Assembly (NCBI GenBank): GCA_964248365.1 | Contig: CAXTYC010000011.1 | Span: 1-64,000 of the forward strand | Length of the DNA stretch: 64,000 bases | From: an uncultured Chroococcidiopsis sp. | GTDB taxonomy: Bacteria; Cyanobacteriota; Cyanobacteriia; Cyanobacteriales; Chroococcidiopsidaceae | Direction: 5' to 3' | Shown: positions 42,401 to 50,614 of the stretch, piece after piece | Position numbering within the stretch: position 1 is the stretch's first letter | How the letters are laid out: each line of letters begins with the position of its first letter | The notes under the pieces: model-generated | What the model saw: only the letters and a program-made list of their open reading frames with translations | What the model was told of the DNA's origin: nothing | Databases searched by the model: none | Program-made: the position numbers and the translations under genes

Positions 42401-44180
42401 TTCCTACTAAAACTTCCGGCGCAACGCCAAGTTTTTGCAAGTAGTGCGCTACTTTGTTTGCGCGTCGATCCAATTCCTGATAAGTTAATTGCTCATCTTC
42501 AAAAGTAACGGCAATAGCATCGGGCGTTCGTGCTGCTAAGTCCTCAAATAGTTCGTGACACAAGCGCTTTGGATAATTGCACTGTGTCTGATTCCATTCC
42601 ACCAGTAGCTGATGGCGTTCGGCTGCACTGGGTAGAGGTAAATCTGCAATTCGGGCATCGGGATTAGTAACAATGCCTTCTAACAGCGTTTGGAAGTGAG
42701 TAATAAATCGGGCGATCGTTGCAGCATCAAACAAATCTGTGTTGTATGCAACAAACCCACTCAGTCCTTCTGATGGTTCCTCCCACAACCCACTCAACCC
42801 GTGTCCACACTCCCACAAATGCAACTCTAGATCGAAGCGGGTAGTAGTGACATCAAACTTCAGTGGGTTCAGTGTCAAGTTGGGTAACTCCAGTTTTTGC
42901 ATCGGGGCATTCTGGAGAGCAAAGACGACTTGAAACAATGGGTTACGGCTGGGTTCTCGCAGGGGGTGCAACTCCTCCACCAACTTCTCAAAAGGTAAAT
43001 CCTGATGGTCGTAAGCTGCCAGTGTACGCGATCGCACTCGTGCCAAAAGTTCCCGAAATGTGGGATTATCGGATAAATCCACACGTAACACCAAGCTATT
43101 GACAAAAAAGCCGATTAATGCTTCTAGCTCACTGCGATTGCGGTTGGCAATGGGGATTCCGACTGCAATATCGGTTTGTCCGGTGTAGCGATATAACAAA
43201 GTTTGAAATGCTGCTAGCAGGATCATGAACAGAGTCACGCCTTCCTGACTTAGAGCTTCAAGGGAAGCAGTTAGGCTTTTTGACAACTCTATATATTGTG
43301 TTGCGCCTCGGTAGGTTGGATGTGCAGGGCGAGGTCGGTCAGTAGGAAGATTGAGGATCGGAAGATCGGCTAGTTGCGATCGCCAGTAGGACAGTTGCGA
43401 CTCTAGTATTTCCCCTTGCAACCATTGTCGTTGCCAGTGGGCAAAATCAGCATATTGGATGGGCAAAAGAGGTAAGGGAGACGGTTGATTTGCAGCAAAA
43501 GCCGTGTAGAGTGCTACTAGTTCTCGAATCAGCACACCCAGCGACCAACCATCAGATACAATGTGATGCAGATTTAACAACAGGACATATTCAGATTCGT
43601 CTAATTGCAACAACTTCACTCGCAGCAGCGGATCAGCAGCCAGATTAAATGGACGCGATGCTTCTTCTGTGGCAATTTGCTGGGCGGCTAATTGTCGCTC
43701 TAGGGCAGGTATATGCCGCAAATCGACAATAGGTAGAGATACATTGACGTTGGCAGAAATAATTTGAGCAGGTTGTCCGTCTACCTTGACAAAATTGGTA
43801 CGTAAGGCTTCATGACGACTGACGATCGCATTAAACGCAAGCGATAAAGCTTTTTCGTCAAGCTTTCCTTTGAGGCGAATCGAGAAAGGTACATTGTAGA
43901 AAGGATTTTCAGGTACTAACTGATCTAAAAACCACAATCGTTGTTGAGCGAATGACAGAGGTAATACGCGATCGCGTGACACGGGTACAAGCTGCACTCT
44001 TTTGAACTGAGAATTTGTCTGATGCAGCAGAGCGATCAAATCGGATTTGCGCTTGGCGATTTCGGCACGTAACTGAGGGGTTAACACTCCTTGGGGAGCA
44101 TTGCAGCGCAAGCTTTCATTTTCCAGGTAAACCTGAATATCTAGATCGCGTAGGTGAGCTAGAAATTCAACAGTGGTCAA
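39402..44180 (-). CDS. NRPS2: TubC_N-like docking domain-C-A-N-methyltransferase-T
   Basis: N-terminal FLAHLRDLDIQVYLENESLRCNAPQGVLTPQLRAEI; HHIVSDGWS; VLEIGCGTG and LNSVVQYFP N-MT motifs inside the A domain; GGHSL; TTG start overlaps the NRPS1 TGA. Confidence 0.95.
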   Translation of the reverse strand: MTTVEFLAHLRDLDIQVYLENESLRCNAPQGVLTPQLRAEIAKRKSDLIALLHQTNSQFKRVQLVPVSRDRVLPLSFAQQRLWFLDQLVPENPFYNVPFSIRLKGKLDEKALSLAFNAIVSRHEALRTNFVKVDGQPAQIISANVNVSLPIVDLRHIPALERQLAAQQIATEEASRPFNLAADPLLRVKLLQLDESEYVLLLNLHHIVSDGWSLGVLIRELVALYTAFAANQPSPLPLLPIQYADFAHWQRQWLQGEILESQLSYWRSQLADLPILNLPTDRPRPAHPTYRGATQYIELSKSLTASLEALSQEGVTLFMILLAAFQTLLYRYTGQTDIAVGIPIANRNRSELEALIGFFVNSLVLRVDLSDNPTFRELLARVRSRTLAAYDHQDLPFEKLVEELHPLREPSRNPLFQVVFALQNAPMQKLELPNLTLNPLKFDVTTTRFDLELHLWECGHGLSGLWEEPSEGLSGFVAYNTDLFDAATIARFITHFQTLLEGIVTNPDARIADLPLPSAAERHQLLVEWNQTQCNYPKRLCHELFEDLAARTPDAIAVTFEDEQLTYQELDRRANKVAHYLQKLGVAPEVLVGICISPSLNMVVGILGILKAGGAYVPLEPNYPSDRLAFMLEDTGVKIILTQRSLASLFEGKPQFVNLKLICLDTDWETIATYSEQTLNIRVTANNLAYVIYTSGSTGKPKGVLVEHRGLCNVIEAQIRAFKMQPQNRILQFSSLGFDASIFEMWLAFGVGASLHIPPKSARLPGSELVHFLQSKAIDTTILPPAVLAVLPAAQLPTLQTVISGGEACSNEIVKQWAVNRRFFNAYGPTEATIWATVAPISAASGNNYDKPSIGRPVANTQIYLLDAHLQPVPIGVVGEVYIGGDGLARGYLNRPELTHERFIPNPFTQAEEGSMKDETENSLPSSSFTLHPFERLYKTGDLARYLPDGNIEFVGRIDDQVKIRGFRIELGEIEALLRQHPTVREAVAIARSHENQSDQRIIAYIVPNQDYTQERELLSNEQIRTWQNLYDQTYRQSDIERDSTFNIVGWNSSYTGQPIPALEMRQWVSDRVEQILALQPLRVLEIGCGTGLLLFQIAPHCAQYWATDFSPVSIQYLEQQLATRAIPGVKLLEKMATDFEGIEANTFDAIVLNSVVQYFPSLDYLLQVLECAIDTARPGGFVFIGDVRSLPLLSAFHAAVALHQADSTVSREQLQQQLRGAIFQETELVIDPAFFHALKQRLKRISHVQVLLTPGRYHNELTQFRYNVILHIEAPGEQGKGKGERGDQLNWTGDNLSMVKVRQHLVETQPSVLKITGIPNARVIAAVKTAEWLLTETEAPKTAGQMRDALHPLAQSAIDPQDWWNLAAELPYTVDVSWSNADTTGSYDVIFLPQSVTKRIVLGQLQEQVSARAWETYANNPLQAQFARHLPSQLQSYLEQNIPEYMVPSAFVVLDALPLSANGKVNRRALSAPFLVKRDWGDVAAPRSPIEQKLASIWADLLGIKRVGIHDNFFDLGGHSLLATLLISRIRDAFGVELPLRSVFEEKAIAPLAKVIEELQTVQVKQQDPGIVPLSRDAHRRLRSSLNPKRE

Positions 44181-47100
44181 AATTCCACCTCCTCACGATT
44201 TGGACTGGCAATTGTCTCGGTATCAGCCTGTAATTTCTTATTTGCCCCACTCATTGCTTCAATATACTGTGCCAACGCTGCGATCGTAGGTGTCTCAAAT
44301 ATATTACGCAGTGGCATTTGTACCCCAAAGCGATCGCGGATTCTTGAAACTAGCTGCGTGGCTAAAAGTGAATGTCCACCCAACTCGAAGAAATTATCGC
44401 TGATGCCTACTTGTTGTCCTAAAATTTCCGTCCATATCTGCACTAACTGGGCTTCAACTGAAGTTCGCGGGAAAGATTTAATTTCTGGCAATCCAACTGT
44501 AGTAAAATCCGGTGGGGGGAGTTTTTGACGATCTACTTTACCATTGGGTGTTAGCGGCAACGACTCTAAGACTACAAAGGCAGCAGGTAGCATAGAACTT
44601 GGCAGCTTGGTCTTGAGGAAACTTTGTAGCTCGCTGGCTATTAGGTTTTGCTCCTGATTAGCAACTATGTAAGCAACTAAACGGCGATCGCCGGAGATAT
44701 CCTCCCTTACTACGACAACAGCTTCTTGCACTGCCGGATGCTGGTTTAAGACGGTTGAAATCTCGCCCAACTCAATCCGAAAACCTCGGATCTTCACCTG
44801 ATCATCGCTACGCCCAATAAATTCAAGATTGCCATCAGGAAGATAACGGGCGAGATCTCCGGTTTTGTAAAGTAGGGGCGGGCTTTTCAAGATTGTTTGT
44901 TTTCCAATAGGTATCTCTATTGAACCCGCCCCTACTAATGCGTTCTTTCCACAAAAAGGATTAGAGATAAACCGTTCATTCGTCAAATCAGGACGATTTA
45001 GATAGCCTCGCGCCAATCCATCACCACCTATATATATTTCTCCTATAACACCAATGGGGACTGGTTTTAGGTGGGGATCTAGTAGATAGATTTGGGTATT
45101 GGCGATCGCCCGTCCAATTGGAATTGATCGATCTGGTACATCTTGCACTTCATACCAGCAAGTAAATGTAGTATTTTCAGTAGGTCCATATACGTGTAGC
45201 AAATGTTCAGGCGCACCTTTGTGAACTTCTTTCACCCACCTCACGTCAACCGCTTCACCACCAAAAAGTAAGTAGCGCAATGAACTAAAAGCCGATGGAA
45301 CTTCCCGCGCCAAAGAGTTAAATAAGGCTGTTGTCAAAAACAGGACGCTGATTTGTTGCTGTCGAATCTCTTGGGCAAAGTCTTGGGGGGAAAGTATAAC
45401 GTCTCGATTGATACCAATTAATTGCGCTCCATTTAGAAGTGCGCCCCAAATCTCAAAGGTTGCTGCATCAAATGAAATGTTGGAGCATTGAGCGACTTTA
45501 TCTTCAGGTTCCCATGTGATGTAGTTAGTGTTGCACACTAATCGATTCACGGCTCGATGAGGTACTGCCACGCCTTTTGGTGTTCCCGTTGAGCCAGAGG
45601 TGTAAACTACATAGGCGAGGTTATCTGCGGTTGTCTGGTTACTTAGGTTTTCCTCGCTATAGTGCGCGATCGCTTCCCAATCCCTCTCTAGGCAAACAAC
45701 TTTTAGATTTTGGATTTTAGCTCCCCCCTTGATCCCCCTCCCGTCCCCCTTTTTAAGGGGGAAGCCAGAGGAAGCTACGCTATTAAGTTCACGGGGGGCT
45801 GGGGGGATCTGATTTTGGATTGATTTAGTCTGCTCTTTTAGAGAATTGATTTGTGAATCTTCACCAGTAGTCCCCAATTCAAAATCTTGCTGTGTTAGCA
45901 ATATAGATACCCCAGCATCTTCGAGCATAAACTGCAATCGCTCTGAAGGATAGGTTGGATCTAGAGGAATATAGGCTCCTCCAGCTTTCAGGATACCTAG
46001 CAAACAAGCTACCATTACAGGGGAAGGCTCCATACAGACACCTACCAACGTTTCACAACCTACACCCATTTTTCGCAAATAATGCCCCAGTTGGTTACTA
46101 CCGTTGTTTAATTCCTGGTAGGTAAATTGTCGATCTGCATAGCGCACTGCGATCGCATTTGGTTTTTGTGCTGCGATCGCTTCAAACAATTGGTGAATAC
46201 ATAGATTATTTGGATAATCACGCTCGGTTTGATTCCACTCAACTAAAAGCTGATGCTCTTGTGCGTAGCTCAAAAGAGGAAGATCTGCTAAATGGGTATC
46301 GGGATTAGCAACAGATCCAGTTAATAGCGTTTGAAAATGCCCTGCCATGCGAGCGATCGTATCCGCTTCAAATAAATCAGTGCTGTATACTAAAACACCC
46401 CGCAATCCCTCCGACTGCTGCCAAGAGTCCCCCCACAGGTTTCTAAAGTTTGAGCCACACTCCCACAGATAAAGCTCTAAATCAAACCGAGTGGTTGTCG
46501 TCTCAACCTGATAAGGCGAGAGCGTTAGCCCAGGTAGCTCTAATTGCTCCATTGGTGCGTTCTGAAGTGCAAACACCACTTGAAATAATGGATTACGGCT
46601 AAGGCTGCGTTCTGGGTGCAATTCCTCTACCAGCTTCTCGAAGGGTAAATCTTGATGAGCATAGGCTTCTACTGCAATCTTTCGCACTCGTAAGAGCAAT
46701 TCTCGAAAGGTAGGATTGCCTGATAGATCGGTTCGCAGAACTAAACTGTTGGCAAAAAAACCGATCAAGTTCTCCAACTGTTGCCGATTGCGGTTGGCGA
46801 TGGGCGATCCTACGGCTATGTCTGTCTGTGCGGTGTAGCGATACAGCAGTGTTTGAAAAGCTGCCAGTAACGTCATAAACAGCGTTACGCCTTCTTGCTG
46901 ACTCAGTGCCAAGAGTGCTTGGGATAAATCCTTGGGCAATTCTAGCAACTGGGTAGCTCCTCGGTAGCTTTGGGCTTGAGGGCGGGGGCGATCGCTTTGG
47001 ATCTCCAGTAAGGACAGATTCTTGAGCTGCGATCGCCAGTAGGACAGTTGCGACTCTAGCACTTCTCCTTGCAACCACGAGCGTTGCCAATGGGCAAAGT

Positions 47101-47662
47101 CTGCATATTGAATCGGCATTACTGGCGACGGTAAAGGTTTTTGGGCATATTCGGCAGTGTAGAACAATCCCAGTTCTCGAATCAGTAAGGCGATCGACCA
47201 CTCATCAAAGACAATATGGTGCAGATTGATAATTAGCACATACTCTGTTTTGTCTAGTTGCAGCAGTGTTACTCTTAGCAAAGGTCCAGTAGCTAGGTTA
47301 AAAGGCTGCCCGATCTCCTGTGTAATTAACCGTTGTGCTGCTGCATCTCGATCGCAAACACATTGCTGCTGTAAATCAATCAGCGACAGCGGTATTCTCT
47401 GGTGAGGCGCAATTATCTGTACAGGTTGCCCCTCCAAGGTTCCAAAGGTAGTACGTAATACTTCGTGGCGCTGCACAATCTGATTAAAGCTTTCTTCTAG
47501 CGCCACCAGGTTCAGATCACCTGTAAGGCGTATTACAGTTGGCACATTGTAGAACGAAGTGCCAGGAAATAACTGATCGAGAAACCAAAGCCGCTGTTGT
47601 GCAAATGATGCAGGAAAGACAAAAACTTCTTCAGAGTTGGGGGCTGCTCCTGCTTGGGTCAT
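44177..47662 (-). CDS. NRPS1: C-A-T (Ile-type A domain) with acidic C-terminal docking peptide
   Basis: HHIVFDEWS; YTSGSTGTPKG; YGPTENT; GGHSL; ends NREEVEF. Confidence 0.95.
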   Translation of the reverse strand: MTQAGAAPNSEEVFVFPASFAQQRLWFLDQLFPGTSFYNVPTVIRLTGDLNLVALEESFNQIVQRHEVLRTTFGTLEGQPVQIIAPHQRIPLSLIDLQQQCVCDRDAAAQRLITQEIGQPFNLATGPLLRVTLLQLDKTEYVLIINLHHIVFDEWSIALLIRELGLFYTAEYAQKPLPSPVMPIQYADFAHWQRSWLQGEVLESQLSYWRSQLKNLSLLEIQSDRPRPQAQSYRGATQLLELPKDLSQALLALSQQEGVTLFMTLLAAFQTLLYRYTAQTDIAVGSPIANRNRQQLENLIGFFANSLVLRTDLSGNPTFRELLLRVRKIAVEAYAHQDLPFEKLVEELHPERSLSRNPLFQVVFALQNAPMEQLELPGLTLSPYQVETTTTRFDLELYLWECGSNFRNLWGDSWQQSEGLRGVLVYSTDLFEADTIARMAGHFQTLLTGSVANPDTHLADLPLLSYAQEHQLLVEWNQTERDYPNNLCIHQLFEAIAAQKPNAIAVRYADRQFTYQELNNGSNQLGHYLRKMGVGCETLVGVCMEPSPVMVACLLGILKAGGAYIPLDPTYPSERLQFMLEDAGVSILLTQQDFELGTTGEDSQINSLKEQTKSIQNQIPPAPRELNSVASSGFPLKKGDGRGIKGGAKIQNLKVVCLERDWEAIAHYSEENLSNQTTADNLAYVVYTSGSTGTPKGVAVPHRAVNRLVCNTNYITWEPEDKVAQCSNISFDAATFEIWGALLNGAQLIGINRDVILSPQDFAQEIRQQQISVLFLTTALFNSLAREVPSAFSSLRYLLFGGEAVDVRWVKEVHKGAPEHLLHVYGPTENTTFTCWYEVQDVPDRSIPIGRAIANTQIYLLDPHLKPVPIGVIGEIYIGGDGLARGYLNRPDLTNERFISNPFCGKNALVGAGSIEIPIGKQTILKSPPLLYKTGDLARYLPDGNLEFIGRSDDQVKIRGFRIELGEISTVLNQHPAVQEAVVVVREDISGDRRLVAYIVANQEQNLIASELQSFLKTKLPSSMLPAAFVVLESLPLTPNGKVDRQKLPPPDFTTVGLPEIKSFPRTSVEAQLVQIWTEILGQQVGISDNFFELGGHSLLATQLVSRIRDRFGVQMPLRNIFETPTIAALAQYIEAMSGANKKLQADTETIASPNREEVEF
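44872..44935 (-). repeat. In-frame copy of the 64-bp GTAG-ended element in the NRPS1 A domain
   Basis: Minus strand gtaggggcgggttcaatagagatacctattggaaaacaaacaatcttgaaaagcccgcccctac, close match to 24210-24273. Confidence 0.88.
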
Positions 47663-48006
47663 CAAGGAATCTACCTGTGATCGCTTACTCTTTTTAACGG
47701 AGGTGAAGTATAAAATTGATCTACATTTAGATAGATTATCAGTTACCTGTTAGCTGTTAGCGGTTAGCTGTTGGCTGTTAGCTGTTATCAACTGCCAACT
47801 ACTAGTTACCTGTTATTTTTGTTGTATTATTAAATACAAAGATCATAGTAATTCTATTTAAGATTGATAAATATATAATTCTTACCTTAGATAGTTTAGA
47901 CTTATGCCATTTGGTTTAATTGCTGCAACAAATCTAAGAGCTAAAACTCTCTCCCACTCAGCCTTTCCTAATCCAAAATCTAAAATCTAAGATCTAAAAT
48001 CATATT

Positions 48007-49125
48007 ATGCTATTTACGCCCCTTAATTTCCTGCTTCAGTGGCTGACTGGACTCTTATCTATTGCACTACTGGGAGGAGGAATTTACATTGTCCATCAAT
48101 GGTATGAGCGAGAACTGATCGATCGCGCCTGGTTGATATTGGGATTAGCAATGTCTACCTGGTCGTTGGTGGGATTTCTTCCGGTTTCCTTGCTGCTGCG
48201 TCGTCCTGGTGCTGATGAACCAAAAGCAATGCGTAGCGGGATTGTACAACGAATAGCCCGACCAGACGGTAGCGAAATTCAAGTCGAGTTTTACGGTTCA
48301 CCCGATGCTCAACCAATTATCATGACTCACGGTTGGGGACCAAATAGCACTGTCTGGTACTACGCAAAGCGACAACTGGCTAACCATTTTCGCTTGATTG
48401 TATGGGACTTGCCAGGGTTGGGAAAATCTAGTAAGCCAAAAAACAAGGATTACTCAATAGAAAAATATGCTCGTGACTTGGAAGCAGTTATATCTCTGGC
48501 AGGTGACAAGCCTGTGATCTTGCTAGGACATAGCATGGGTGGTATGATTATACTCACATTCTGTCGCCTGTTTCCACAGTATCTAAATCGTCAGGTTGCA
48601 GGTTTAATTTTAGTAGACACTACCTATACCAATCCGGTCAAAACTTCCATCTTCAGCAAATTTCTACAAGCTATACAAAAGCCTTTGATAGAGCCTTTGC
48701 TGTATGTGGCGATCGCTCTGTCGCCTCTACTATGGTTAATCAGTGGCTTAAGCTATCTCAATGGTTCGATGCACATCACGACCGAAATATCTGGCTTCAC
48801 AGGCAAAGAAACACGAGGTCAACTCAACTTTTCAACCCTATTAGGTCTACGCGGCTCACCTGGCATACTAGCAAGAGGGATGCTGGCAATGTTGAAATTC
48901 AATGAAACGGCAACTTTGCCAACTATTAATATTCCAGCTTTGGTAATTGTAGGAAAAACAGACATCGCAACCGTTCCCGCAGCCAGCAAACATATGAGCA
49001 TTGACTTACCTCTGGCTGAACTTGCAATCCTACAACCTGCTGGACATATGGGATTAATGGAGCGAAACGAACAATTTGCCTCGCTAGTTCGTTCGTTTAG
49101 CACAGGCTGTTTAAGCTCCAAATGA
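48007..49125 (+). CDS. Membrane-anchored alpha/beta hydrolase
   Basis: Two N-terminal hydrophobic helices, THGWG, DLPGLG, GHSMGG nucleophile elbow, AGHM. Confidence 0.9.
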   Translation: MLFTPLNFLLQWLTGLLSIALLGGGIYIVHQWYERELIDRAWLILGLAMSTWSLVGFLPVSLLLRRPGADEPKAMRSGIVQRIARPDGSEIQVEFYGSPDAQPIIMTHGWGPNSTVWYYAKRQLANHFRLIVWDLPGLGKSSKPKNKDYSIEKYARDLEAVISLAGDKPVILLGHSMGGMIILTFCRLFPQYLNRQVAGLILVDTTYTNPVKTSIFSKFLQAIQKPLIEPLLYVAIALSPLLWLISGLSYLNGSMHITTEISGFTGKETRGQLNFSTLLGLRGSPGILARGMLAMLKFNETATLPTINIPALVIVGKTDIATVPAASKHMSIDLPLAELAILQPAGHMGLMERNEQFASLVRSFSTGCLSSK

Positions 49126-49180
49126 TAAGTCATAAAATGGAAAAAGCCCCCGTGTAGGGATTTCTTGAAGGCGAATTCAA

Positions 49181-49744
49181 ATGGTACAGACATCATCTAA
49201 ACCCTTGACGTTGGAAGAGTTTCTAAAGCTACCAGAAACGAAACCAGCCAGTGAGTACATTGACGGTCAAATCATTCAAAAGCCAATACCCCAAGGAAAG
49301 CACAGTGTAATTCAAGGTGAGTCACTATCTGCGATTAACGCCGTTGTGAAATCTCGGCGCATTGCACGAGCTTTCCCTGAATTACGGTGTACGTTTGGTG
49401 GACGGTCAATAGTGCCTGATGTGTCCGTGTTTGTTTGGGGTAGAATTCCCCGTGACGAGAATGGCGAAATTGCCAACGTTTTCCGATTGGCTCCTGATTG
49501 GACGATTGAAATCCTGTCGCCTGACCAAAGCCAAACTAAAGTCACAAAAAATATTCTCCACTGCCTCAAGTACGAGACTCAAATGGGCTGGCTGATCGAT
49601 CCAGATGAACAATCTGTGTTTGTTTATACACCTAAGCAACAGCCAGAAGTGTTTGAGTCACCAGAGGCAATACTTGCTGTACCATCTTTTGCAAATGGAC
49701 TACAGCTCACTATAAAAGACGTATTTGGTTGGTTGCAGGAGTAA
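49181..49744 (+). CDS. Uma2 (DUF820) family endonuclease-like protein
   Basis: LTLEEFLKLPETKPASEYIDG, IVPDVSV, APDWTIEILSP. Confidence 0.92.
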   Translation: MVQTSSKPLTLEEFLKLPETKPASEYIDGQIIQKPIPQGKHSVIQGESLSAINAVVKSRRIARAFPELRCTFGGRSIVPDVSVFVWGRIPRDENGEIANVFRLAPDWTIEILSPDQSQTKVTKNILHCLKYETQMGWLIDPDEQSVFVYTPKQQPEVFESPEAILAVPSFANGLQLTIKDVFGWLQE

Positions 49745-49824
49745 ACCATTACAGTTACCAGTTACCAGTTATTAATTACTAGTCACTAGCAGAGGTTGAT
49801 TAGTTACTGATTACTGGGAGATCT

Positions 49825-50463
49825 TCACTGTTGTTGAATGTTGAGGCGATTGACTACTGGTTCCACTTTGCTTTGTGTTGAACTGGGCAAACTGCGAACA
49901 AACTCCAGAAAGCCTGCTTCATCATCAGGTGGATAGTCTGCCATCATTCCATTCAAAGAAACAATCCAACGATTCCCTTCAATCGGATAAAGCACACCAC
50001 CCCTCGTGCGAAAAGGTGGTGAGGTTTGGATGTATACTGCTTTCCAATCAGCCTGAAATCCAGATGGAATCTCGTAAATGCGACTAGCATAGCCTGGAGA
50101 TGCATCTACAGCGGTCTCCGGTGAAGGCATATATCCCAATGCTTTTAGCCATTGAGGAGCTTTGGAACCTCGCCCACTCGCATCAACTACCAAATCGGCA
50201 AATAATTCCTCTTGCCCCGATTTGGCTGATGCATTGTGGAAAACTGATACACCCGTTACACTCGTACCGTCAGATGACAGCAATCGAGTTACCTTGCACT
50301 CCTTTGCGTGGTACTGGTTTTTCAGGAAAGCGATCGCTTTCTATAATCGTCACTTGTTCAAAGTGGTCAGCCAACACCTACCTGCTAATAGTCCCGCCAT
50401 ACTACCACCGATGACAATAGCATGATTAGTATAAGTAGATGGGCGATCTTTTATAAATGACAT
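49825..50463 (-). pseudogene. FAD-dependent monooxygenase remnant (frameshifted, internally deleted, 3'-truncated)
   Basis: GGAGG then ATG 50463 MSFIKDRPSTYTNHAIVIGGSMAGLLAGR; frameshift to LADHFEQVTIIESDRFPEKPVPRKGV; second shift to ...ADLVVDASGRGS... of the track ORF, which ends early. Confidence 0.85.
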
Positions 50464-50539
50464 GACCGCACCTCCTTTGAGGAGTGAATTTTAAAGCTGT
50501 TTGTAGTCTATCTAGTTCCTCTAATTTATATATATACAA

Positions 50540-50593
50540 GTAGGGTGGGCATTGCCCACCAAATCTGAGAATGGTGGGCAATGCCCACCCTAC
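50540..50593. repeat. Inverted REP doublet flanked by a 12-bp direct repeat
   Basis: gtagggtgggcattgcccacc...ggtgggcaatgcccaccctac; ATATATACAAGT at 50530-50541 and 50597-50608. Confidence 0.85.
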
Positions 50594-50614
50594 TAAATAT
50601 ATACAAGTTGTGAT

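Noticed and set aside
46599..47201. 200-aa alternative-frame ORF inside NRPS1 (and other short overlapping or antisense ORFs such as 32251-32562 and 3270-3602)
   Set aside because: Shadow ORFs of strongly supported genes, with no independent signals
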